Source: Nocardioidaceae bacterium (lineage in GTDB: Bacteria > Actinomycetota > Actinomycetes > Propionibacteriales > Nocardioidaceae). From it: a stretch of DNA of 64,000 bases. The notes below the pieces were generated by a model. It was not told the origin of the DNA. It ran no database searches and saw only the letters and a list, made by a program, of their open reading frames with translations. Positions 45,990 through 54,451 of this stretch are shown here, piece by piece. The stretch's first letter is position 1. Each line of letters begins with the position of its first letter. The translations under genes and the position numbers were made by a program. The DNA is taken from the NCBI GenBank assembly GCA_036375975.1, contig DASVBF010000141.1:1703-65702 (forward strand). The letters are read 5' to 3'.

Positions 45990-46971
45990 GAGGTGAAACT
46001 ACTGCGTCAACCGACTCCGGTGCGGGAGTCTCCGGAAGCGGTTTCCGCCGCGGCCGCTCGGCCGTGATCACGATGGCCACCGCGAGGACGACGACGCCGC
46101 CTCCGATCACGATGGGGACCGTGACGGACTCACCCAGGATCAGCCAGCCGAGGAAGACCGCGACGACCGGGTTCACGTAGGCGTAGGTGGCCACGAGGGA
46201 GATCGGGGCGTTCGCCAGCAGCCAGACGTAGGCCGTGAAGGCGAGCATCGACCCGAAGACGACCAGGTAGCCCAGCGCGAGCCAGGTCCTGGAGCCGTAG
46301 TCGGCGGTGAACCGCTCCCCGGACAGGAGGCCCACGCTGACCATGATCGCGCCACCGGTGAGCATCTCGTAGACCGTCGTGACGAACACGTCCTCGGGGA
46401 GAACGAGACGAGGCTGGATGAACGAGCCGAAGCCCCAGCAGGTCGCGGCGAAGAGGATCAGCAGCGCGGGACCGAGTGGCAGGTCGCCGCCGGTCCCGCG
46501 TCCGGCAAGCACCAGGAAGGCCAGGCCCGCGAACCCCAGCAGGACCCCGAAGACGGACAGCGCCTGGGGACGGTCCCCGCTCACGCCTCGGAAGATGACG
46601 ATCATCAGCGGCGTCATGGCGATGAGCAACGCCGTCGCTCCGGATGGGGCGCCGTTGTTCTCGCCCACGGACACCAGGCCGTTGCCGAGCATCGGCAGCA
46701 TGAGGCCCAGGAGCGCCGCGCCCGCGACCTGCCGTGGCCGCACGCGCAGCCGGCGTACGCCGCTCCTGACCGACAGCACCGCGCCGAGCAGCAGACCCGC
46801 GGTCATGAACCGCAGCCCCATCGACGTGAGCGGCGGCGCCTCCCCGACGACGATCCGGATGCCGAGGTAGGTCGAGCCCCACACGACGTACACGACCGCG
46901 AGCGCGGCGACGACCAGTCCGAGGGCCGGGGCGACCTTCGGGGGGCGGGTCGGGGCGAGCGTCTGTGTCAT
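45955..46971 (-). CDS. EamA/DMT-family transporter
   Basis: It has ten TM segments in two EamA repeats (VWGSTYLGIRIVV..., AFTAYVWLLANAP). Confidence 0.8.
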   Translation of the reverse strand: MTQTLAPTRPPKVAPALGLVVAALAVVYVVWGSTYLGIRIVVGEAPPLTSMGLRFMTAGLLLGAVLSVRSGVRRLRVRPRQVAGAALLGLMLPMLGNGLVSVGENNGAPSGATALLIAMTPLMIVIFRGVSGDRPQALSVFGVLLGFAGLAFLVLAGRGTGGDLPLGPALLILFAATCWGFGSFIQPRLVLPEDVFVTTVYEMLTGGAIMVSVGLLSGERFTADYGSRTWLALGYLVVFGSMLAFTAYVWLLANAPISLVATYAYVNPVVAVFLGWLILGESVTVPIVIGGGVVVLAVAIVITAERPRRKPLPETPAPESVDAVVSPHGEAEPVVDAD

Positions 46972-47154
46972 GAGCGTCAGGTCCTTTCACTCATGACAAA
47001 GGCTACGAGGAGGCGCCCCCGCGAGTCGCGCGGATTTCGGACACGAAACCCCGAGATACCGCCATCATGATCGCAGGCCCTGGCGACGAGCCCCCGATTA
47101 GGTGAGGGGGTGCGTTGATGGGTAGTTTATGAACACTGAGCCCGGTGTGTCGCC

Positions 47155-47167
47155 GGTCACAGTGACC
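47155..47167. promoter_or_regulatory. Palindrome GGTCAC-A-GTGACC upstream of the 2-oxoacid dehydrogenase operon
   Basis: It is a perfect 6-1-6 palindrome about 115 nt upstream of the chosen E1-alpha start. It is a candidate operator only. Confidence 0.2.
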
Positions 47168-47281
47168 AAACACGGCGAGCAGGAACGGATGCGCACCACC
47201 CCTCGCGCATCGCTTCGGCCGGCCGTGAGCTCGAGAGGCGACGGTGGAGACCCCGACCGTCGACGACTCCTAGGAGTGCAC

Positions 47282-48472
47282 GTGACAGACAACGCAGTAT
47301 CGACAGGGCCCGCGACCGAGTTCGGGCCCGACCTTGGTGAGGTCTTCGGGCCCAGCCACGCCGACGGCGGCCCCGACCTGGTCCAGCTGCTGACGCCGGA
47401 GGGCGAGCGGGTCGAGCACGGCGAGTTCTCGTTCGACCTCGACGACGAGGCCATCAAGGGCTTCTACCGCGACATGATGCTGACCCGGCGCATCGACGTC
47501 GAGGCCACCGCCCTGCAGCGCCACGGCGAGCTCGGCATCTGGGCCCAGCTCCTCGGCCAGGAGGCCGCGCAGATCGGCTCCGGCCGCGCGCTGGCCCCGC
47601 AGGACTTCGTCTTCCCGACCTACCGCGAGCACGGCGTCGCCTGGTGCCGCGACCTGGACCCGCTGCGCCTGCTCGGCCTCTTCCGCGGCGTCGACCAGGG
47701 GGGCTGGGACCCGAGCTCCAACAACTTCGGCCTGTACACGATCGTGATCGGTGCCCAGACGCTGCACGCGGTCGGCTACGCGATGGGCATGCAGCGCGAC
47801 GGCGTCGTCGGCACCGGTGACCCGGACCGCGACGCAGCGGTCGTCGCCTACTTCGGTGACGGCGCGAGCAGCCAGGGCGACGTCAACGAGTCGTTCATCT
47901 TCGCCGCCTCCTACAACGCGCCCGTGGTGTTCTTCTGCCAGAACAACCAGTGGGCGATCTCCGAGCCGATCGAGCGCCAGACCCGGATCCCGCTGTACCA
48001 GCGGGCACTCGGCTTCGGCTTCCCGGGCATCCGCGTCGACGGGAACGACGTGCTGGCCTGCTACGCCGTGACCAAGGCCGCGCTGCAGCGGGCCCACGAG
48101 GGCAGCGGCCCGACCTTCGTCGAGGCCTACACCTACCGGATGGGCGCGCACACCACGACCGACGACCCGACCCGCTACCGGCTCTCGTCCGACGTCGAGG
48201 CCTGGAAGCTCAAGGACCCGATCGCCCGCGTGAAGGCCTACCTCACCCGCAACGGCCTCGTCGACCAGGACTTCTTCGACTCCGTCGACGAGGAGGCCGA
48301 GCAGCTCGGCCACCACCTCCGCGAGGGCTGCAAGGCCCTTCCCGAGCCCAGTCCGCTGAGCGTCTTCGACCACGTGTACGCCGAGCAGACCACCGAGCTC
48401 GCCGCCCAGAAGGAGGCCTTCGGGGCCTACCTCGCATCGTTCGAGTCCGGATCCACCGTAGGGGGGCACTGA
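47282..48472 (+). CDS. 2-oxoacid dehydrogenase E1 component alpha subunit (Bkd/Pdh type, TPP-dependent)
   Basis: The TPP motif is GDGASSQGDVNESFIFAASYNAPVVFFCQNNQWAIS. The GTG at 47282 lies 5 nt after AGGAG. The ORF could start further upstream. Confidence 0.8.
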   Translation: MTDNAVSTGPATEFGPDLGEVFGPSHADGGPDLVQLLTPEGERVEHGEFSFDLDDEAIKGFYRDMMLTRRIDVEATALQRHGELGIWAQLLGQEAAQIGSGRALAPQDFVFPTYREHGVAWCRDLDPLRLLGLFRGVDQGGWDPSSNNFGLYTIVIGAQTLHAVGYAMGMQRDGVVGTGDPDRDAAVVAYFGDGASSQGDVNESFIFAASYNAPVVFFCQNNQWAISEPIERQTRIPLYQRALGFGFPGIRVDGNDVLACYAVTKAALQRAHEGSGPTFVEAYTYRMGAHTTTDDPTRYRLSSDVEAWKLKDPIARVKAYLTRNGLVDQDFFDSVDEEAEQLGHHLREGCKALPEPSPLSVFDHVYAEQTTELAAQKEAFGAYLASFESGSTVGGH

Positions 48473-48473
48473 G

Positions 48474-49460
48474 ATGGCCAAGATCACTCTCGCGAAGGGC
48501 CTGAACGCCGGCCTCCGCGCCGCGATGGAGAAGGACCCCAAGGTCGTCGTGATGGGCGAGGACGTCGGCAAGCTCGGCGGCGTCTTCCGCATCACCGACG
48601 GGCTGCAGAAGGACTTCGGTGAGGACCGGGTCATCGACACCCCGCTCGCCGAGTCGGGCATCCTCGGCACCGCCGTCGGCCTCGCGATGCGCGGCTACCG
48701 GCCGGTGTGCGAGATCCAGTTCGACGGCTTCGTCTACCCGGCCTACGACCAGATCGTCAGCCAGGTCGCGAAGATCCACTTCCGCAGCCAGGGCAAGGTC
48801 AAGATGCCCGTGGTCATCCGGATCCCGTTCGGTGGTGGCATCGGAGCCGTGGAGCACCACAGCGAGAGCCCGGAGGCGCAGTTCGCGCACACCCCGGGGC
48901 TCAAGGTGGTCGCCTGCTCGAACCCGGTCGACGGCTACTTCATGATCCAGCAGGCCATCGCCTGCGACGACCCGGTCGTCTTCCTCGAGCCGAAGCGGCA
49001 GTACCACGCCGACAAGGCAGAGCTCGACGAGTCCCTGACGCTCGCGGACGCCGACCCGCTGTTCAGCTCGCGAGTGGTGCGCGAGGGCACCGACCTGACG
49101 CTCCTGGCCTACGGCCCGATGGTGAAGACCTGCATGCAGAGCGCCGAGGCCGCGGCCGGCGAGGGCCGGAGCATCGAGGTCATCGACCTGCGCACGCTGT
49201 CCCCGCTCGACATGGAGCCGGTCGTGGCATCGGTCCGCAAGACCGGCCGTGCCGTCGTGGCCCACGAGGCGCACGTGAACCTCGGGATGGGCGCGGAGCT
49301 CGCCGCGAGGATCACCGAGGAGTGCTTCTACAACCTCGAGTCCCCGGTGCTCCGGGTGGGCGGGTTCGACACCCCGTACCCCCCGAGCAGGATCGAGGAG
49401 GAGTGGCTCCCCGACCTCGACCGGGTGCTCGACGCCGTCGACCGAACGCTCGCCTACTGA
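48474..49460 (+). CDS. 2-oxoacid dehydrogenase E1 component beta subunit
   Basis: The transketolase-like pyrimidine-binding region reads VIDTPLAESGILGTAVGLAMRGYRPV. The gene starts 2 nt after the E1-alpha stop. Confidence 0.85.
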   Translation: MAKITLAKGLNAGLRAAMEKDPKVVVMGEDVGKLGGVFRITDGLQKDFGEDRVIDTPLAESGILGTAVGLAMRGYRPVCEIQFDGFVYPAYDQIVSQVAKIHFRSQGKVKMPVVIRIPFGGGIGAVEHHSESPEAQFAHTPGLKVVACSNPVDGYFMIQQAIACDDPVVFLEPKRQYHADKAELDESLTLADADPLFSSRVVREGTDLTLLAYGPMVKTCMQSAEAAAGEGRSIEVIDLRTLSPLDMEPVVASVRKTGRAVVAHEAHVNLGMGAELAARITEECFYNLESPVLRVGGFDTPYPPSRIEEEWLPDLDRVLDAVDRTLAY

Positions 49461-49479
49461 CCCGGGAGTCACGACACAC

Positions 49480-50910
49480 ATGCCTGAGTACAAGCTTCCC
49501 GACCCTGGTGAGGGCCTGACCGAGGCGGAGATCGTCTCCTGGAAGGTCAAGGTCGGCGACACCGTCAAGATCAACGACATCGTCGTCGAGGTCGAGACCG
49601 CCAAGTCACTGGTCGAGCTGCCCTCGCCGTTCGCCGGCGCCGTGACCGCGATCCTCGTCCAGGAGGGCGAGACGGTGGAGGTGGGCACGCCGATCATCGC
49701 GATCGGCGACGAGGTGCCCGCCACGGCCGCACCTCGGCCGGAGCCCGCCGCCGGCGACGAGTCCGCCGAGGCCGACGAGCCGCCGATGAAGACTCTCGTG
49801 GGCTACGGTCCCCGGACCGCCGAGTCCCGGCGCCGACCCCGCAAGGCCGGCACGCCGAGCACCGAGGCGGCTGCGTCCACCCAGATGCAGGTGCAGGGCG
49901 CGTTCACGCCCGGCGGCGCGCAGTCCGAGCCCGTGGTCGAGGGCGACGAGCCCGCCGTGCCCGCCCACTCGGCGCGGACCGCCCCGGGCGGCGGGAACGG
50001 CGAGGGCGCGACCGTCCAGGTCCTCGCCAAGCCGCCCGTGCGCAAGTTCGCCAAGGACCTCGGCGTCGACCTGCGCTCGGTGACGCCGACGGGCCCGAAC
50101 GGCACGATCACCCGCGCGGACGTGGAGAGCTTCCGACTCGGGCGGGACAGCGGCGGATCCGCGCCCGAGCCGGTGGGCCCCACCGAGGCTCCGGCGCCGG
50201 TCCGGCTCGGCGAGCGCGAGACCCGCGAGCCGATCAAGGGCGTCCGCAAGATGATGGCCCAGGCCATGGTGGACTCCGCGTTCACCGCCCCGCACGTCAC
50301 CGAGTGGATCACCGTCGACGTGACGAGGACGATGAGGTACGTCGAGAAGCTCCGGTCGCACCGTGACTTCCGCGACGTCAAGGTGTCGCCGCTCCTGGTG
50401 GTGGCCCGCGCCGTGTGCCTCGCCGCCCGTCGTACGCCGGAGGTCAACGCGACCTGGGACGACGCCGCCGGGGAGGTCGTGTTCAAGAGCTACGTGAACC
50501 TCGGCATCGCCGCGGCGACCTCCCGGGGCCTGGTCGTCCCGAACGTCAAGGACGCCGACCGGTTGTCGATGCCCGATCTCGCGAGGTCGATCAACGCCCT
50601 GGCCGCGACCGCGCGCGAGGGCAGGACGCAGCCGGCCGAGATGAGCGGCGGCACGTTCACGATCACGAACGTCGGGGTCTTCGGGGTCGACGCGGGCACG
50701 CCGATCATCAACCCCGGCGAGTCCGCGATACTCGCCTTCGGTGCGGTGCGTCCGCAGCCGTGGGTCCACAAGGGGAAGATCAAGGTCCGCGACGTCACGA
50801 CCCTGGCCCTCTCCTTCGACCACCGGCTGGTCGACGGGGAGAAGGGCTCACGCTTCCTCGCCGACGTGGCTGCGATCCTGGAGGATCCCGCCAACGCCCT
50901 GATGTTCTAG
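49480..50910 (+). CDS. Dihydrolipoamide acyltransferase E2 component
   Basis: The lipoyl domain reads VEVETAKSLVELPSP. A peripheral-subunit-binding domain follows. The catalytic motif is SFDHRLVDG. Confidence 0.85.
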   Translation: MPEYKLPDPGEGLTEAEIVSWKVKVGDTVKINDIVVEVETAKSLVELPSPFAGAVTAILVQEGETVEVGTPIIAIGDEVPATAAPRPEPAAGDESAEADEPPMKTLVGYGPRTAESRRRPRKAGTPSTEAAASTQMQVQGAFTPGGAQSEPVVEGDEPAVPAHSARTAPGGGNGEGATVQVLAKPPVRKFAKDLGVDLRSVTPTGPNGTITRADVESFRLGRDSGGSAPEPVGPTEAPAPVRLGERETREPIKGVRKMMAQAMVDSAFTAPHVTEWITVDVTRTMRYVEKLRSHRDFRDVKVSPLLVVARAVCLAARRTPEVNATWDDAAGEVVFKSYVNLGIAAATSRGLVVPNVKDADRLSMPDLARSINALAATAREGRTQPAEMSGGTFTITNVGVFGVDAGTPIINPGESAILAFGAVRPQPWVHKGKIKVRDVTTLALSFDHRLVDGEKGSRFLADVAAILEDPANALMF

Positions 50911-50999
50911 GTTCGAGCCGACAGCTGGGCGAAGACGACAGGTGCCGAACCCCGGCGCTCGTCGTCCTCGCCCACCTGCGGGGGCGTGTCGCCATGCCG

Positions 51000-51872
51000 T
51001 CAGCGCTTGCGCATGGCCTGCACCTTCGTCGCGACGCCGGCCACCTTCTGGGCCACGCTCATGGCGATGGGCGGCACGTTCATGCCCTCGGGCTTCAGCG
51101 GGTGCATGATCGCGTCCGTCCCACCGTCGACGAAGATCGTCGTGCCGACGACCAGGCTGGACTGCTCCGACAGGAGGAACCCGATGGTGGCCGCGACCTC
51201 CTCGGGACGTCCCGGGCGGCTGATCGCGCTGGGGTAGGCGTCGGCGAACACCCCGAGCTCGGGGTCCTTGCGCAGCTGGTCGGTCATCGCCGTCGCGATG
51301 AAGCCCGGGGCCACCGCGTTGGCGCGGATCCCGGCGCCGATCCACTGCTTCTTCAGGCCCTCGCGGCGCACCCACCACGCGAGCGCGGCCTTCGTCGCCG
51401 GGTACACGTTCACGGCCTGCTGGTCCCGGGCGAGCGAGCGCGCCTTGGCCTCGTCGTGCTCGACGCACGCCCCGGCCACGTCGGAGGCCCATCCCGGCTG
51501 GCACGTGACGGAGTTCGAGGAGATCAGGACCACGGCCGGCTGCTCGCCGTTCTCCGCGGCCCGCGCCAGGAGCGGCCGCAGCCCGGTGAGTACGTCGATC
51601 GCCCCGAAGTAGTTCACCGACACGACGAGCTGGGGGTCCACCCCGGTCAGGCCGGCAACACCGGCGCAGGGCACGAACCCCGCGAGCCCCTCCGGCGCCA
51701 TCTCCTCGACCCTGCGCACGACCTCGGCACGGCCCACGGGTGTCGACAGGTCGGCCGTGATGTCCGACGGGGACCGGTCCACGCCGATCACCCGGTGTCC
51801 TCGCTCACGCAGCAGCCGGGTGGTCGCCGCCCCGATGCCGGACTCCGCTCCGGTGACGACGTAGGTGCTCAT
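51000..51872 (-). CDS. Short-chain dehydrogenase/reductase (SDR)
   Basis: The cofactor motif is VVTGAESGIGAAT and the catalytic motif is YPATKAAL (YxxxK). An alternative start lies at 51884. Confidence 0.8.
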   Translation of the reverse strand: MSTYVVTGAESGIGAATTRLLRERGHRVIGVDRSPSDITADLSTPVGRAEVVRRVEEMAPEGLAGFVPCAGVAGLTGVDPQLVVSVNYFGAIDVLTGLRPLLARAAENGEQPAVVLISSNSVTCQPGWASDVAGACVEHDEAKARSLARDQQAVNVYPATKAALAWWVRREGLKKQWIGAGIRANAVAPGFIATAMTDQLRKDPELGVFADAYPSAISRPGRPEEVAATIGFLLSEQSSLVVGTTIFVDGGTDAIMHPLKPEGMNVPPIAMSVAQKVAGVATKVQAMRKR

Positions 51873-51873
51873 C

Positions 51874-53373
51874 TCAGCTCCCATCCCTCAGACGCATGAC
51901 GCCGGCCACCGTTGCGACGTAGGCGGACCCCTCGGGCCCAAGGTAGATGGCCGCGTAGTGGTTGTTCCATTGCGGTCCCGTTCCGGTGAGGCGGCGCCAG
52001 ACGGTGCGACCGGTGTCCACGTCCAGGGCCGTGAAGTACCACGGGTCGGACTGCTCGCCGGCCGGCTTGGCGTAGACGTAGAGCAGCCCGTTGGCCAGTG
52101 ACGCCTTCGGCACGGAGGTGGGTGCGATCTCTCGGGAGGTCCAGCGCACCGAGCAGCCGCGGCGGCCGAGGTCGACCCGCGCGATGCCGGGGGCTGTGCT
52201 CGCGCCGTTCATGGTGGCGGCGGGCCCGGTGTAGCCGTAGTTGTTCTCCACGAGCACCGCCCGCCCGACGGCGACGATGCTGTTCTCGGTGGCGCTGCGT
52301 CCTTTCGCGAAGACCGGCTCCGCGCAGACCCGGCGGTGGCGGACCGGCTCGGCGGTCCGCCTGTAGGCCACGACGCGCATCCGCGGGTCGGCGTTGTCGG
52401 TCACCACGACGAGGTCGCGGCCGACCAGCGTGGGGGTCGTCCCGGAGCCCTGGGAGAGCTGCCCGGGCTTCTGCGCGGAGCCGCGGTCGTACCTCTCCCG
52501 CCAGGTCACCCGGGGGCGGCCGCTGCGGCCGCTGTCGAAGCGGTACAGCGCGTGGTCGCTCACGATGAACACGCCGCCCGTCTCGTCGGCGGCGAACGAG
52601 TTGACGATCTTCTCGCCCCTCAGCCGGAGGCTGCGGACCCGACCGGTGCGGGGGTTCACCGTGCCGACCCCGCCCTCCTGCGTCACGAACCAGATCAGGC
52701 CGTGCCAGTCCGGCAGCAGGGCCACCAGGCAGTCGCCCTGCGGGACGTGCGTGGCGAGGTCGTAGCGGCGTCTCAGCTCGAAGCCGGTGCCGACCGGCGT
52801 CCCGGTCTGGCCGACGACCCAGATCTGCGCGTTCGTGGTGGCGATCACCGCCTGGTCGCGGTGGTCGAGGTAGAAGTAGGCGCCTGCGCAGATGTCCTCG
52901 AGCGGCGTCTTCTCCGGGTTGACGTTGCGCGGCGGCAGGGGGTGGGCCGCGAGCACGTCAAGCGTCTTCGGGTCGAGCAGCATCAACCTCGACCCCTCGA
53001 CTCCGCCGCACAGCGCCTCGACCCGGCCGGCCCGGTCGAAGGCCATCGTGGCGCACTCCTCCACGCCGTAGGTCGCACTGCTGAGCCCGAGGCGTCGCCC
53101 GAGAGGACCGGGGCCGGCGTAGGCGTCGGAGGCGTAGGCGTCGTTGTGCATGCTGTTGCGGTCGTTCGCCGCGAGGAACGGGTTCTGGGGGACCGGGCGC
53201 GCCCGGACCCGGTCGGGGGTCGCCGCCCTGCCCTGGAACTGCGGGACCTCGCTGTCCATGGGGCCGGGCGGGATCGGCACCGCGCCCGTCGCGGCAGGGA
53301 CCGACGACGCGGCCAGTGCGAACAGGACGGCCGGGACCAGGAGCACGCGGTGACGACGTCGCGCGGGAGTCAT
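51874..53373 (-). CDS. Secreted hypothetical protein (possible beta-propeller fold)
   Basis: The signal peptide is RRRHRVLLVPAVLFALAASSVPAATGA. It has high third-position GC throughout. I recognise no catalytic motif. The beta-rich repetitive pattern is only suggestive. Confidence 0.6.
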   Translation of the reverse strand: MTPARRRHRVLLVPAVLFALAASSVPAATGAVPIPPGPMDSEVPQFQGRAATPDRVRARPVPQNPFLAANDRNSMHNDAYASDAYAGPGPLGRRLGLSSATYGVEECATMAFDRAGRVEALCGGVEGSRLMLLDPKTLDVLAAHPLPPRNVNPEKTPLEDICAGAYFYLDHRDQAVIATTNAQIWVVGQTGTPVGTGFELRRRYDLATHVPQGDCLVALLPDWHGLIWFVTQEGGVGTVNPRTGRVRSLRLRGEKIVNSFAADETGGVFIVSDHALYRFDSGRSGRPRVTWRERYDRGSAQKPGQLSQGSGTTPTLVGRDLVVVTDNADPRMRVVAYRRTAEPVRHRRVCAEPVFAKGRSATENSIVAVGRAVLVENNYGYTGPAATMNGASTAPGIARVDLGRRGCSVRWTSREIAPTSVPKASLANGLLYVYAKPAGEQSDPWYFTALDVDTGRTVWRRLTGTGPQWNNHYAAIYLGPEGSAYVATVAGVMRLRDGS

Positions 53374-53492
53374 GGCCCTCCAACGAACCTGGCTCCGGGT
53401 GGTTACGAGCGCAGGGCACGCGGGAGGCGCCCGCCGATAGGGTTTGGGCTCAACGGCGAACTCTTCTGCGTGCCGCGGCGGGCGAAATTACC

Positions 53493-54155
53493 ATGGAGGA
53501 CGTCATGCGCTCCTCAGCTCGTCCGCCGCGTCCCAACAGCGCCCAGCGGGCATACGACTTCGCCAAGTGGGCGATCCTCAACGCCGTCTACCCGGCGGGG
53601 TCGCCGCTCACGATGGCCGCGCTCGCCAGTGAGCTGGGGCTCAGCCGCGCTCCGGCGCGCGAGGCCCTGCTCCGCCTCGAGGCAGAGGGCCTGGTCATGT
53701 TCCAACCGGGTCGCGGCGCGGTGGTGACGACTTTCAGCCCGGCGGAGGTCGAGGACGTCCTGGAGGCACGCACGCTCGTCGAGAACTACACGGCGGCCCG
53801 GTCGTTCGCGAACCGGGAGAAGCTGCTGCCCGCCCTGCTGGAGGCGCATGAGCAGACCAAGCGCAGTCGCCGCGAGCGGGACACCGCGGGCTTCACGACG
53901 GCGGACCGGCTCTTCCACGAGATCATCGTCGACGGAGCCGAGAACACCGTGCTGTCGGAGATGTACCGGTCCTTGCGGGAGCGACAGAGCCTCTTCACGT
54001 CCGCGGTGGTGCGGGGCCGGGCCGACCGCATGGACGCCGCCATCGCCGAGCACGACGAGATCGTCGGGCGGCTGCGGGGTGACGACGAGGACGCGTTCAT
54101 CGAGGTCGTGAACAGCCACCTCCGGTGGTCGATCGCGCTCGCCCGGTCGTCGTAA
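53493..54155 (+). CDS. GntR-family transcriptional regulator (FCD type)
   Basis: The HTH reads LTMAALASELGLSRAPAREALLRLEAEGLVMFQPGRGAVV. A helical FCD-like C-terminus follows. The ATG is at 53493. Confidence 0.8.
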   Translation: MEDVMRSSARPPRPNSAQRAYDFAKWAILNAVYPAGSPLTMAALASELGLSRAPAREALLRLEAEGLVMFQPGRGAVVTTFSPAEVEDVLEARTLVENYTAARSFANREKLLPALLEAHEQTKRSRRERDTAGFTTADRLFHEIIVDGAENTVLSEMYRSLRERQSLFTSAVVRGRADRMDAAIAEHDEIVGRLRGDDEDAFIEVVNSHLRWSIALARSS

Positions 54156-54176
54156 CGAACTCGTCGTACTGAAAGA

Positions 54177-54205
54177 AGCGGGCGACCTTGATGAGGCCGC
54201 CCGCT
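54177..54205. terminator. Stem-loop 22 nt after the GntR stop, followed on the minus strand by TCTTTC
   Basis: An 8-bp stem pairs agcgggcg (54177-54184) with cgcccgct (54198-54205). Confidence 0.4.
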
Positions 54206-54451
54206 ACTTCGCTGTGGCGATGCCACGCGGTCTCGCCGGTCACGCCCGAAGTGTGGGAGGACACTCCGGCCGTGAGCGACGGACCATGCGGTTCTCCTGA
54301 CGGACCCCCATCCATCCGGTGAACCCAACCACTCGCCTCCCCCCGGAAGCGCGTGATTCAAAGGTACGACGGCTGGTGTCCCAAACGGGACACGAGAGGC
54401 GAAAGCCTCGGATACAGAACAATCACACAAATCGGACAGTTCAACAGGTTG

